Numbered from the stretch's first letter, positions 27,959-38,491 are shown. The stretch: 64,000 bases of DNA from Lachnospiraceae bacterium (GCA_017620155.1 JAFZQY010000067.1:14380-78379); one strand, 5' to 3'. The notes: generated by a model not told the origin, from the letters alone. A program made the numbers and translations.

Positions 27959-30310
27959 TTATTCATTGACGCTGATGCTCTGAAGTCCGCCCTCATAAAC
28001 GACATTCTCAGGTTTTGCGCCGTATACTACCGGAACCCCCGAAGCAAGCCGTATATTGACGATGGTCTGTTTAGCCTGGATATGTGAATCGAGTTCTTTA
28101 TCACCCAGAGCCAGGACATTATTGCCCTCACCGCGCAGATTGATCGCGGAATTATAGAAATCTATATCGAACGCACCGGAACCGGCACCTATCAGATAAA
28201 GCTGCTGTCCGTTAGCTGCGATCGTGAGTTCACAGTTCTCCATCTTGACGGATCCGTTCTTATTATCCATTCCGCCTATAGCCGATATACGGCTGCCGGC
28301 ACACATAATATTAATTTTAGAATTAACAATATGAATATTCGGCGTTCCCTCGATACAGCCGATGCCTATGCCCTTGTCTATCTTGATATCAAGGTGCAGT
28401 TTGCAGTTCGAGATGATACCGTCGAAATGACCTTTCACCGCTCCGATCGCTATGGCGCGCTGACTGGCGGGTTCTATTCTGACGGTTCCGGACAGGATGT
28501 GGATTCCGTTGCCTTCCCTGAACTCGCCTCCGCCGATGGCTACGGCTTCATCGGCCTCTATAAGGATATCCAGTGAGCCCGTCCCGCGCCATGCTATATC
28601 TCCGACTCCCGAATTCCAGAAGTTTCCGATCGCATAACTCGATACGCCCTGTGCCCTTATCTGGAGGTTTCCGTGTCCGGTGATAACAAGCTTCGAACTG
28701 TCGGGAACCAGTATTCCGAACTTGTTCAGCCTGTTCTCTCCTTCAAGAACCAGAGTGAGTTCGCTACCCGTACCGAGCTCTATGCAGGGAAGCTGCTGCG
28801 TGCTCTCTATGAAGACATCCCTGATAGTGAGCCTGCATTTGGTATTGTCCTTGATCTTGATGGACATCTCGGCGCAGTATCCGGTGTTTCCTACCAGCGT
28901 GAATTCCTCACGGCCTATCAGGATGCCGGTATATTTCTCGAGAGCAAGCCTCATGATCGGAAGCTCCGACTCTCCTTCGACATTGTATATCCTTCTGACT
29001 TCCTGGTTGGTCCCCTTGACGGAACTGGAGATTATCTGGGCCTTGATGCTCTCATCAACCTCTTCAATGATCTCAAATGACGGTTTTCCGGTGTAGTAAC
29101 CCTGAATGTAATCAACACCGAGTTCTATCACGGTACGCATTTCCGGTCCGGTCTCAACGCCTTCGGCCAGAGTCTTTACGCCGTTTGCCTTGGCAAACTC
29201 GATGATGCTCTTGACGAAGTGCTGCTTCTTGGTCTCCTCATGGATGTTGGAGATCAGCAGTCTGTCTATCTTCAGATAGCTGGGCAGGTACCTGAGCAGG
29301 CTCGATGTATTGGAATATCCGGTCCCGTAGTCGTCGATCGCAAGTTCGAATCCGCCGGACTCGCTCCTCTCGAGAAGCGACGACAGTTCATGATCCTTGA
29401 ACTCGGTATACTCGGTGATCTCAAGGATCATCTTGTCAAAATACTGTCCGTATCTGGACCGGAGCTCGGCAAAATCATCCGCGCCAAGCTGGGATCCGGG
29501 AAGACTGTTGATGAATATCTTCTTGTTCCCGAGAGCTCCGCACTTGCCCTCGTATAACTCCATCACGTTGAATAACGTCTGTTTCTCTATATTGTATAGC
29601 TGATTTTTGCGTGTGGCATAATCAAGAATGGTCAGCGGAGATACGCTCACGCCGAAATCCGTTCTCATCAGCGCTTCATATCCGAAGATCTCTCCGGTCC
29701 TGGCATCCACTATGGGCTGAAGCGCGTAGCTGAACTTGTTCTCATCGATGATATCGCGGATCATCTCGTCTTCAGGCACAGCATTGTCATTGGGCATATA
29801 ATCTCTCATCCTGTCGGGACGGATCAGCATTTCGACGGCCTCTACAGTCCTGTCTGCCAGTTTTATCTCCCGAATCCTGCCCGTATCGGCAAATCCCATG
29901 CCTTTGTACGATCTGCGGGCGAATTCGTTTTCGGGGAAAACGGCCATTGTTACATTCTCGGCCTTCATGACATCAAAAGAGAAGATAAGGGCAAGCGTGA
30001 CCATCATATATCCGTAGCCATGCCCGTAGAATTCGGGATCCAACACAAAAGAAGCCATATGAACGGTCTTCGGATCCCCGGAAGGAATGCTCAAAGTGAC
30101 ATATCCCACAGGAGTCCCGTCATCGGACGCGATCATCTGGAAAAAGGAATCATCATCCGCCTTAGCGGCCGAAAATGCATCAAAAGCCTCCACTGATGGC
30201 GGATACTGTCCGATTTCTCCCAAAGCCCATTCATTAAATATCTCTTCAGAGGTGACCCAGGAGACTACTTTGGATGCGTCAGAATTTTTGTAAGGTCTTA
30301 GTCTTAGCAT
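27959..30310 (-). CDS. GNAT-EAL-beta-helix fusion, putative c-di-GMP phosphodiesterase
   Basis: Start at ATG 30310 (SD GGAGG). N-terminal GNAT (LRLRPY..LDPEFYGHGYG..ENEFARRSYKGMGF). EAL domain (QPIV, YEALMR, INS, EITE, DDYGTGYS, KID, EGVE, QG). C-terminal AIGG/IGIG repeats. Confidence 0.85.
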   Translation of the reverse strand: MLRLRPYKNSDASKVVSWVTSEEIFNEWALGEIGQYPPSVEAFDAFSAAKADDDSFFQMIASDDGTPVGYVTLSIPSGDPKTVHMASFVLDPEFYGHGYGYMMVTLALIFSFDVMKAENVTMAVFPENEFARRSYKGMGFADTGRIREIKLADRTVEAVEMLIRPDRMRDYMPNDNAVPEDEMIRDIIDENKFSYALQPIVDARTGEIFGYEALMRTDFGVSVSPLTILDYATRKNQLYNIEKQTLFNVMELYEGKCGALGNKKIFINSLPGSQLGADDFAELRSRYGQYFDKMILEITEYTEFKDHELSSLLERSESGGFELAIDDYGTGYSNTSSLLRYLPSYLKIDRLLISNIHEETKKQHFVKSIIEFAKANGVKTLAEGVETGPEMRTVIELGVDYIQGYYTGKPSFEIIEEVDESIKAQIISSSVKGTNQEVRRIYNVEGESELPIMRLALEKYTGILIGREEFTLVGNTGYCAEMSIKIKDNTKCRLTIRDVFIESTQQLPCIELGTGSELTLVLEGENRLNKFGILVPDSSKLVITGHGNLQIRAQGVSSYAIGNFWNSGVGDIAWRGTGSLDILIEADEAVAIGGGEFREGNGIHILSGTVRIEPASQRAIAIGAVKGHFDGIISNCKLHLDIKIDKGIGIGCIEGTPNIHIVNSKINIMCAGSRISAIGGMDNKNGSVKMENCELTIAANGQQLYLIGAGSGAFDIDFYNSAINLRGEGNNVLALGDKELDSHIQAKQTIVNIRLASGVPVVYGAKPENVVYEGGLQSISVNE

Positions 30311-30370
30311 GCGAAAAAAACCTCCATGTTTTATTTTATCATCAATAATGTATGTGATAAACTGTTTTCT

Positions 30371-31522
30371 ATGGAAATACGGCAGATCTCGTACTTCAAC
30401 GAATTCATATGCAAAGGCTGCGAATGTCCGGAAACCTGCTGCAGGGGATGGCTCATCCCTCTTGAAAAAGAGGACCTTGAGCGCTACTCGAAGGAAAAGG
30501 GGCTGATGAAAGCCCGCCTCATGCTCGCGATGTCTGAGCACTCCATCCCCGTCTTTAATTCATCCTGCGGAGAATGCACCTTCCACGAACGGTCGGGGCT
30601 GTGCAGCCTCCAGGTTAAGCGCGGCCACGATTTTATTCCGGAAACCTGCCGGAACTACCCGCGTTTCTATAGAAATTACGGCTTATTCGAGGAACGCTAC
30701 CTCGATCTGTCATGCATAGAAGCCGCCAATATGCTCATCTCTCATGTGAAAGATCTGAGTCTGGTTTTGGCCATGGGCGAACCCGACTGCGACAAGACCA
30801 TCACCAATGACGACGAGCCGTTTCTAAACAGGCTCCTTCGAATCCGGTCCGACATGCAATCGGCCCTTGCCGGGGTGACGGACTTTGATGATCTGTGCTC
30901 GGTACTTGGCGCGATCGATTCATATGCCATGCGGCTTCAGGATGCTTATCTTCACGGCGACGAAGACTATCCGGATAAACACCCGTTTACTTATGTCAGA
31001 TCGGATGCGGGCGGTTTTGATGCGCCGGAAGTACGCGACGTGGATCGCATCTTCCCGTTAAAAGCAGGTGAGATCACTGCCCTTACGGATACATCCATAT
31101 ATCACATCCGCCTCAGGAAGAAAAACCCGGGGCTATATAAGCTCTTTTCGCTGTATTTCAATAAATACCGCCGCGATCTGGCTTCCGAGAACGGATGGAC
31201 GCGCGCATACACCGATTTTGGCGTACGGCACCGGGAACTCATACCCTTCTTTGCGGCCTACTACTCATATTATCTGTATCAGTACTGGCTCAGGATCTGG
31301 GAGGATTACAGTTTCGTAAGGCACGCGCGCTTAGGCATCATCCACCTGTCCATGCTCCTGCTCCTTTGCATAGTATATGAAAAAGAGCATCAATCCGTAA
31401 CTTCCGCCGAACTCGCGCATATCATCGCGGTCTATAACCGTCGCGCCTTCTTCAGCGACGAGCTGCTCGACAGCATGTACAGAGTGCTGGACGGGCGCAG
31501 CGCCAACCCTTTTACCGGTTAA
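30371..31522 (+). CDS. fliB: Flagellin lysine-N-methylase FliB family
   Basis: FICKGCECPETCCRGW, CTF..GLCSLQ, PETCRNYPR, LSCIEAA Cys pattern; start placed at ATG 30371. Confidence 0.85.
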   Translation: MEIRQISYFNEFICKGCECPETCCRGWLIPLEKEDLERYSKEKGLMKARLMLAMSEHSIPVFNSSCGECTFHERSGLCSLQVKRGHDFIPETCRNYPRFYRNYGLFEERYLDLSCIEAANMLISHVKDLSLVLAMGEPDCDKTITNDDEPFLNRLLRIRSDMQSALAGVTDFDDLCSVLGAIDSYAMRLQDAYLHGDEDYPDKHPFTYVRSDAGGFDAPEVRDVDRIFPLKAGEITALTDTSIYHIRLRKKNPGLYKLFSLYFNKYRRDLASENGWTRAYTDFGVRHRELIPFFAAYYSYYLYQYWLRIWEDYSFVRHARLGIIHLSMLLLLCIVYEKEHQSVTSAELAHIIAVYNRRAFFSDELLDSMYRVLDGRSANPFTG

Positions 31523-32615
31523 GCGCCCTTAAGTTACTCATCTCAGCCGAGCACTTGCTTCCCACGATCGATGAATACGAGAAAAGTATGTATCCCGCGA
31601 GACCGTTATCGCGCAATTCCTTAACCTGTCCCGAAAGATTGGTGTTTCTCGTGCTCCATCCGGGATCGGATCCGGACACTTCCCCGCATCTGTAAGCAGC
31701 AAGACCTATATACATCCTGATCCCTGCTTTGTTTAAGCCTTTCCATGCTGCCAGCCTGTCAGAGTACATCGTCACGTTTCCGGCTTTGCCGTAGGCATTA
31801 CTCCAATATATCTGCGGGCAGATATAGTCGATATATCCGGTATTTGCAAGCCAGGTATCCACATCCACGCCCGCTCTTCTGTTATTGTCTATGTTCCCCG
31901 AAGGGCTCACACCGAAGACCTTGCCGTATGAGTGAACGGTGTTGTACACATCTTTGAGCAGCGAATTATGCACGGATGCACCAAGCGGTGGGAAATAATC
32001 GTCAAAATGAATCCCCTCGACATTGTAATTATCCAGGATCTCCCTTACTCCGGCCAGGATGTTGTCCCTGGTCGCGAGGGACTTATCGCCGCAGTATTTG
32101 CCGTTACGGTAGCCGTAAGGATTGATCCAGGCATGGACCTGCAAGCCGTTCGCGTGAGCAATCTCCGTGATCATGGCCAGCGGATCGTATCCGGGATTGC
32201 CTCCGCACATCTCATCGCTCCAGGGATAGCAGGATGAAGGGTATGCGGCATCGTTATGAGATCTGACATGGACTATGATCGCGTTTAATCCGTTATCTTT
32301 GCAGTTTTGGCATACAGTCTGAAATGTTGACCTGAAATCTTTCTCGCTCTTACCTTTAAGATAGGTCTGCCAGTCCCTGAAAGAAAACCATACGGCTCTG
32401 AATTCCGCGGGAGCAGCTGCGGTAACCTCCTCGGGAGTCCCGGTTTCGGTCATGCCCGAAGTATCTGCTGCGGTCTCTGCAGCTAAGCCGGCGTCAGCGG
32501 TCTCTGCAGCGGCGGCACCTGCTTCCGCGGAAGCGGCCGCGGCGCTCATCGGCATGAGCATAAACAGCAATGCCGCGCACATAACACTCGTTATCTTGAT
32601 CAATGTCCTGTTCAT
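31512..32615 (-). CDS. Secreted GHL10 (DUF187/YddW-like) glycoside hydrolase
   Basis: Signal peptide, EFRAVW, GYDPL, HAWINPY, GIHFDDYF, DYICPQIYW. Confidence 0.85.
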   Translation of the reverse strand: MNRTLIKITSVMCAALLFMLMPMSAAAASAEAGAAAAETADAGLAAETAADTSGMTETGTPEEVTAAAPAEFRAVWFSFRDWQTYLKGKSEKDFRSTFQTVCQNCKDNGLNAIIVHVRSHNDAAYPSSCYPWSDEMCGGNPGYDPLAMITEIAHANGLQVHAWINPYGYRNGKYCGDKSLATRDNILAGVREILDNYNVEGIHFDDYFPPLGASVHNSLLKDVYNTVHSYGKVFGVSPSGNIDNNRRAGVDVDTWLANTGYIDYICPQIYWSNAYGKAGNVTMYSDRLAAWKGLNKAGIRMYIGLAAYRCGEVSGSDPGWSTRNTNLSGQVKELRDNGLAGYILFSYSSIVGSKCSAEMSNLRALNR

Positions 32616-32656
32616 CTTTTTTCTTGTCCTTATCTATGTCCTTATCCTGAATATCC

Positions 32657-33901
32657 TTAATCCCTTCTGAATATATCGCGGGTATAAACTTTATCTGCCA
32701 CATCATCCAGCACGGAGTCATAACGGTTGGCGATGATCGCATCGCTCTCTGCCTTGAACCTGGCCAGATCGTTCACCACGCGGCTTCCGAAGAATGTGGA
32801 GCCGTCCTCAAGCGAGGGTTCGTATACGATGACCGAGGCTCCTTTTGCCTTGACTCTCTTCATGATGCCCTGTATCGAAGACTGGCGGAAGTTGTCGGAT
32901 CCCGACTTCATGGTCAGTCTGTAGACTCCGACCACCACATCTTTTTCCTTATCCCGGTTGAAGGTCTCGCTCTCCTCATAATATCCGGCCGTATGAAGCA
33001 CGCGGTCGGCGATGAAATCCTTGCGGGTGCGGTTGGCGTTGACTATGGCTTCGATCAGGTTCTCGGGTACATCCGAGTAATTGGCCAGAAGTTGCTTGGT
33101 ATCCTTGGGCAGACAATATCCGCCGTATCCGAAGCTGGGGTTATTGTAATGAGTACCGATCCTGGGGTCTAAGCATACTCCGTCGATGATCGACTTGGTA
33201 TCAAGGCCCTTCATCTCGGCATAGGTATCGAGTTCGTTGAAATAGCTCACGCGCAGAGCCAGATAGGTATTGGCGAAAAGTTTCACGGCCTCCGCCTCGG
33301 TGGTGCCCATGATCAGCACATCGATGTTTTCCTTGATGGCTCCCTCTTCCAGGAGGCGGGCAAAAGTTTCAGCCTTGGCCTTAAGATCGGGATCATCCAT
33401 ATCCGTGCCGACTATGATGCGAGAAGGATAGAGGTTATCGTACAGCGCACGCCCTTCACGCAGGAATTCGGGTGAAAAGAGGATGTTGCGGGTGTCAAAC
33501 TTTTTTCTTACGGATTCGGTATATCCTACGGGGATCGTGGACTTGATGACCATGACAGCGTCGGGGTTAACTTTTTTTACCAGACTGATCACCGCTTCCA
33601 CCGCGGATGTATCGAAGAAGTTCTTCTGGGGATCATAGTTGGTCGGAGCCGCTATCACGACATAGTCTGCGTCCCCATATGCCATCTCGCCGTCGAGCGT
33701 GGCCGTCAGGTCCAGATCCTTTTGGCTTAAGTATTCCTCGATCTCCTTATCGGCTATTGGTGACTTACGGTTATTCAACATCTCGACCTTCTCCGGTATG
33801 ATGTCCACCGCATAAACCTTGTGGTGCTGTGCAAGAAGGATCGCGTTGGAGATCCCGACATATCCTGTTCCCGCTATCGCAATTGTGTATTTATCCGACA
33901 T
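32657..33901 (-). CDS. ugd: UDP-glucose 6-dehydrogenase
   Basis: [40 protein letters not shown]; start at ATG 33901. Confidence 0.95.
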   Translation of the reverse strand: MSDKYTIAIAGTGYVGISNAILLAQHHKVYAVDIIPEKVEMLNNRKSPIADKEIEEYLSQKDLDLTATLDGEMAYGDADYVVIAAPTNYDPQKNFFDTSAVEAVISLVKKVNPDAVMVIKSTIPVGYTESVRKKFDTRNILFSPEFLREGRALYDNLYPSRIIVGTDMDDPDLKAKAETFARLLEEGAIKENIDVLIMGTTEAEAVKLFANTYLALRVSYFNELDTYAEMKGLDTKSIIDGVCLDPRIGTHYNNPSFGYGGYCLPKDTKQLLANYSDVPENLIEAIVNANRTRKDFIADRVLHTAGYYEESETFNRDKEKDVVVGVYRLTMKSGSDNFRQSSIQGIMKRVKAKGASVIVYEPSLEDGSTFFGSRVVNDLARFKAESDAIIANRYDSVLDDVADKVYTRDIFRRD

Positions 33902-33925
33902 TGTTCTCTCCTGTAGTATCTGTAA

Positions 33926-33982
33926 TTCCGGCACTTTTACTTCGGTATCATTATCTCCGGCATCTCTACTCCGGCATCTCTA
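33926..33982. repeat. Degenerate 14-bp tandem repeat x4 between the alpha-galactosidase gene and ugd
   Basis: TTCCGGCACTTTTA / CTTCGGTATCATTA / T / CTCCGGCATCTCTA / CTCCGGCATCTCTA. Confidence 0.7.
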
Positions 33983-36205
33983 TTGTGCTTTAAGGCTGAT
34001 CAGCATGCCGTGGAAATCACCCCAGGGTCTGGGGATGAGGAGGCCCGCTTTCATCAGAATCTCGCCGCTGTATGTGCGCTCGCCGCCGTTCTTAGCGGAG
34101 GTTTCCTCATCTTCATCCACGAAGGTCACGAAGTACTTCTTCTCAGGATCCAGACCTTTAAGCCTGATCTTGCGTGAATGGAAGTTTACGCGGTTAAGCA
34201 CCTGGACAAAAGTAACCAGAGCCTCGGATTTATCCTTGGAAACCACCATATAGCAGTCGTATTCATTGTTTTGGGAATATGAAGATACGCGGTAATAATC
34301 GCCCATACGAACCAGATCGTTGTATGCGTGATACATCTTCACCTGACCCGGGATCATGTTCCGGTCTTCCTCGGGGATCCTGGTCACATCCAGTTCATAT
34401 CCGAAGGTACCCGCGAGAGCCACATAGCCTCTCGTCCTGAAAGGAGTCACCCTTCCGAGCGCGTGGTTCGGGCAGTCGCTCACGTGCGCTCCCATCGAAG
34501 AAAGCGGATAAACAAGAGCCGTCCCCTCCTGTATGAGGAGTCTCTCTACGGCATCGGTATCATCCGAACACCATATCTGAGGGCTATAATAGAGCATTCC
34601 GGCGTCAAAGCGTCCGCCGCCTCCCGAGCAGTTCTCGAGAAGCAGGTTCGGGAAGTCGGTTATAAGCCTCTCCTGCAGTTCATATACTCCGAGCATATAT
34701 CTGTGGAACATCTCTCCCATCCGCTCCGGAGGAAGCGCGCTGCTTCCCATATCGGACAGTGGTCTGTTCATGTCCCACTTCACGTATTCGATATTGGCGC
34801 TTTCAAGGATAGCCTTGACCTGACCGTATACATGATCGACCACTTCGGGTCTTGTAAGATCCAGCACATACTGCGCCCTGGCCTGACCGGGAGTTCTTCC
34901 CGGGATCTGTATCGCCCAGTCGGGATGCGCCCTGTAAAGATCCGAATCCGGAGATATCATTTCGGGTTCGAACCAGATGCCGAACTTCATGCCCCGCTTG
35001 TTTACTTCATCAACCAGGTATTTCAGCCCGCCCTTTATCTTATCCTCGTATACATACCAGTCACCGAGGGATGAATCGTCAAAATCACGGTGTCCGAACC
35101 ACCCGTCGTCCATGACGAGCATCTCGATGCCGAGTTTCGAAGCCTGATCGGCTATGCCTACCAGCTTGTCCGTATCGAAATCAAAATATGTAGCCTCCCA
35201 GTTATTGATGAGTATCGGGCGCTTACGGTCCTTATACGGACTGCGGATCAGATTGTTCCTGATAAGATCGTGATAGGTGCGGCTCATGCGGCCCAAGCCT
35301 TCCGAAGAAAAGACCATGATCACTTCGGGCGCCGTAAACTCTTCGCCGGGTTTGAGCAGCCAGTTGAAATCCTCGGGATTAATGCCCATCATGGCTCTTA
35401 CCGACTCGAATTGGTTTACATAACATGATGCCAGGAAGTTGCCCGAATATACGAAACTCATTCCGTAGACCTGTCCTCTGTCTTCATCAGCGCCCTTTTC
35501 CATAATGGCCATGAAAGGATGATCCTGGTGTCCGCATTCGCCCCTGATAGAGGAAAGTCCCTGGAATCCGCGGGTTAGCGGCCGTCTGTTGATATGCCGC
35601 TCTCTCGCCCATGAGCCGTGGAGAGTGAGAAGATCGAAGTTCTCGTTATCCATGTCCAGACACGCGCTCATCACGCGGGTCAGCACTATATCGTCACTGC
35701 TGTTATTGATTATTCTGACAGACCGGGTTATCGCATCGACCTTTTCAAATGCCGAATAAGACAGGACCACCGTCATGTTCAGGGCCTCGTCCTTCATCGT
35801 TATATCAAGAGTCGTGACCTCATCTTCTTTTCCGAAAGTGGCGGGCAGGCCCTTAAGGCTCTTTTTGCCCTTATAGATCTCATGCGATACCACGCCGAGT
35901 TTGACCGCGGAATGGCCGGAGACGCTCCTTACGGCCAGTGCATCATCCCGAAAGTCCCCGATGCCGTGAGTGGGCATCTCCATCGGAAAAGTATCGTAGA
36001 AAGCGAGCCGCTCTCTGTTGCTCTTTGACGGAACAAAAGGCGGCTCTCCCGTCCTCATGAGATATGCCGCATCGTGGTCTGTCAGGCGGGGGCCGTAATA
36101 GACATGCCCGAGGAAGTTCTCCTCATCCGTGACAGCGCACATATAAGTCGATGCCGGTGTATCCAGCTTGAATAATCGGTCTTTTTCGTAATAGGTTATT
36201 CCCAT
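33980..36205 (-). CDS. Alpha-galactosidase, GH36
   Basis: NNWEATYFDF, VMDDGWF, FGIWFEPEM, YVKWDMNR, ENCSGGGGRFD, WCSDDTDA. Confidence 0.95.
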   Translation of the reverse strand: MGITYYEKDRLFKLDTPASTYMCAVTDEENFLGHVYYGPRLTDHDAAYLMRTGEPPFVPSKSNRERLAFYDTFPMEMPTHGIGDFRDDALAVRSVSGHSAVKLGVVSHEIYKGKKSLKGLPATFGKEDEVTTLDITMKDEALNMTVVLSYSAFEKVDAITRSVRIINNSSDDIVLTRVMSACLDMDNENFDLLTLHGSWARERHINRRPLTRGFQGLSSIRGECGHQDHPFMAIMEKGADEDRGQVYGMSFVYSGNFLASCYVNQFESVRAMMGINPEDFNWLLKPGEEFTAPEVIMVFSSEGLGRMSRTYHDLIRNNLIRSPYKDRKRPILINNWEATYFDFDTDKLVGIADQASKLGIEMLVMDDGWFGHRDFDDSSLGDWYVYEDKIKGGLKYLVDEVNKRGMKFGIWFEPEMISPDSDLYRAHPDWAIQIPGRTPGQARAQYVLDLTRPEVVDHVYGQVKAILESANIEYVKWDMNRPLSDMGSSALPPERMGEMFHRYMLGVYELQERLITDFPNLLLENCSGGGGRFDAGMLYYSPQIWCSDDTDAVERLLIQEGTALVYPLSSMGAHVSDCPNHALGRVTPFRTRGYVALAGTFGYELDVTRIPEEDRNMIPGQVKMYHAYNDLVRMGDYYRVSSYSQNNEYDCYMVVSKDKSEALVTFVQVLNRVNFHSRKIRLKGLDPEKKYFVTFVDEDEETSAKNGGERTYSGEILMKAGLLIPRPWGDFHGMLISLKAQ

Positions 36206-36223
36206 ATCCTTCTCCTGTAAAAA

Positions 36224-38491
36224 TCAGTCTTTGGCAGTTTTTCTGCTTCGGTTCTGTTTCTCTTTGTAGAGATCCTCATCCGCAAAAGCAAGTACCTCTT
36301 CGAGAGTCTTCCTCTCTCCGGCCGGAACTCTGTATATACCCACCGAAGCGGTGACATAGTAGGGCTTGTCGCTGGATGCGTTAAATGCATCGAATTTCTC
36401 CCTGATAGCCCGCTTATATTCGTCAGGATCCACATCGGACCATACCATGCAGGCAAATTCGTCTCCGCCCAGGCGGCCGATCACGCCGTGATCCCTGTCG
36501 ACTGTCTCACGCAGGGTATCCGCTATGAGCTTAAGGGCAAAATCGCCCTCATCATGGCCGTAACGGTCGTTTACGATCTTCAGGTTATCCATGTCGACAT
36601 ACATCGCCATCAGCGGGATGCCGGTTACGGCTCCGCCTTCTATGCAGGCTTCCGCAGCCTCCTGAAAACCGCGGCGGTTATATATCCCCGTCATCTGGTC
36701 TATCTTGGACAAGCCGTCCAGGATGATGTTATGGCGCTTCAATGTCTCGTTGCTCTGCTCGAGCTGGTCCATGATTTCCTGGGTTTTCGCCAGTATATAC
36801 AACATCCTGTATGCTGCCGAGAGCTGGTTGACGAGCATCTCTCCGTTATCCAGGAGCTGATCGTTGACATCGCACAGGATGTATCCGTAAAGTTCGTCGC
36901 CTGAGTAGATCGGCAGCACGGTCATCGAATACCTTTCATCGCCGATATACTCGTTCGCATACAGATCATATATCGAAGTCTTCTGGTGGGGAGCCTTGAC
37001 TGAAGAAAGCTCACCGTTCTTCAGAACTGCCTTCAGGTACAGATGATCCGGGGTATCCATCATCTCTCCGTCCAGGTGGACGATCGGTTCTTCAAGCATA
37101 TACAGATAGGCGTTGTTGATCCCCAGATAGGGAAGACTGGCCAGCGGTACGGCATAGTCCTGATCGTATCCGTGCTCAAACTGCATCATGTTCTGTGCCA
37201 CGAGTTTGAGAGACTGATCGATGGCCTGATTGGCATCGATGATCTTACGGATGCTCGCCTGCTGGTATGTCACCATCATCCTCAGGATCTCTCTGTAATC
37301 CTGTCTGACATCCGCGCGGTCCTTGCGTCTCTCCTCCCCGGCAGATACCAGTTCGTACACTTCCTCCAATAGTTCCTGAAGAAGTTCCATATCCGCATAG
37401 TCGGTTATGCCTGTATCCAGGGCCTGCCGGAAATGCTCCTTGAGATCGGCATGAAGCTGCGGTGAGTTTCCCTCTGCCGATATCAGATCTATGCAGTCCC
37501 TCATGACGCGCTGATATGCCTTGTACTCGACACCCCTGGCACCCTGAAGCCTGTAGAAGACCTTATTGTAGAGGGCCTTGACATGATCCGTATCCCATTC
37601 GGTCAGATCCATGTGCTCGGTCACATGGCCGAACGAATCCCTCTTAACCAGCATGGTGTCGAGGTTTCTGCTGGGAGTCTTGCGTCCGCGGATCAGGTTT
37701 AGAGCCATGTCAAAAGCCTGCCTGGACAGTTCCATGGGATCGGCCCAGATACTGGACAGGGTCGGTCTCATCTGGCCTGCGAGCCTGGAATTGTCGAATC
37801 CGAGCACATATATGTCCTTGCCCGGAACAAGCCCTCTTTCTTCCATTACCTGATACAGGGAGACGGCGCATTCATCGTTTACGCAGAAGATCGCTTCGAC
37901 ATCAGGGTTCTGATCGAGAAGTCTGGCTGCCTCGGGAGTGTTCTGGCGGCTTAAGTGGCCTCCCACGAAATTCTTTTCTTCAAAAGGGATACCGCGGCGG
38001 CTTAAGATATCGATCAGCGCTTCCTTGCGTTCCACACAGTCGGTATTTGATTCCGGACCGCCGAGCATCGCGAATCTCTTACATCCGTATGTATCGATCA
38101 GGAAATCCACTCCCTCTTCGATACCCTTGTAATTCTCATAACATATGCATGATTTTCCGTGCTCTTTGGTAGCGACCAGAACGCACGGGATCTCGCTGTA
38201 CTTTTTTATAAATGCGGATATGCTCTCACGCGACGCATAGTTACCTATGCAGTTGGCGGCTATGATGACCGCATCCACGTTATCCTCAATGACTAGTTCA
38301 TAGAGGGTGTTGTACTGATAGTCATATTTCAGATTGCCGCTTAACTGCCTGTCTATGTATTTACCGGGGAAAAAGATCAGATTGACATTCTCCTCCTCGG
38401 CTCTCTGCATGGCGCCTATCTCCAGTTCCTTGGAATAATAGTCACCCAGCTCATGGATCAGATATGCGACTACAAATTTTCCGTCTTTCAT
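36224..38491 (-). CDS. Soluble diguanylate cyclase with N-terminal LacI/periplasmic-binding-protein-like sugar-sensing domain
   Basis: N-terminal Peripla_BP fold (AIFCVNDECA, VPGKDIYVLGFDN, PTLSSI) without an HTH; C-terminal DQMTG, DMDNLKIVND, RLGGDEF. Confidence 0.88.
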   Translation of the reverse strand: MKDGKFVVAYLIHELGDYYSKELEIGAMQRAEEENVNLIFFPGKYIDRQLSGNLKYDYQYNTLYELVIEDNVDAVIIAANCIGNYASRESISAFIKKYSEIPCVLVATKEHGKSCICYENYKGIEEGVDFLIDTYGCKRFAMLGGPESNTDCVERKEALIDILSRRGIPFEEKNFVGGHLSRQNTPEAARLLDQNPDVEAIFCVNDECAVSLYQVMEERGLVPGKDIYVLGFDNSRLAGQMRPTLSSIWADPMELSRQAFDMALNLIRGRKTPSRNLDTMLVKRDSFGHVTEHMDLTEWDTDHVKALYNKVFYRLQGARGVEYKAYQRVMRDCIDLISAEGNSPQLHADLKEHFRQALDTGITDYADMELLQELLEEVYELVSAGEERRKDRADVRQDYREILRMMVTYQQASIRKIIDANQAIDQSLKLVAQNMMQFEHGYDQDYAVPLASLPYLGINNAYLYMLEEPIVHLDGEMMDTPDHLYLKAVLKNGELSSVKAPHQKTSIYDLYANEYIGDERYSMTVLPIYSGDELYGYILCDVNDQLLDNGEMLVNQLSAAYRMLYILAKTQEIMDQLEQSNETLKRHNIILDGLSKIDQMTGIYNRRGFQEAAEACIEGGAVTGIPLMAMYVDMDNLKIVNDRYGHDEGDFALKLIADTLRETVDRDHGVIGRLGGDEFACMVWSDVDPDEYKRAIREKFDAFNASSDKPYYVTASVGIYRVPAGERKTLEEVLAFADEDLYKEKQNRSRKTAKD

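Noticed and set aside
30311-30541. Long antisense overlap between the 860-aa ORF extension and fliB
   Set aside because: More plausible starts (30310 with SD GGAGG; 30371) remove the overlap.
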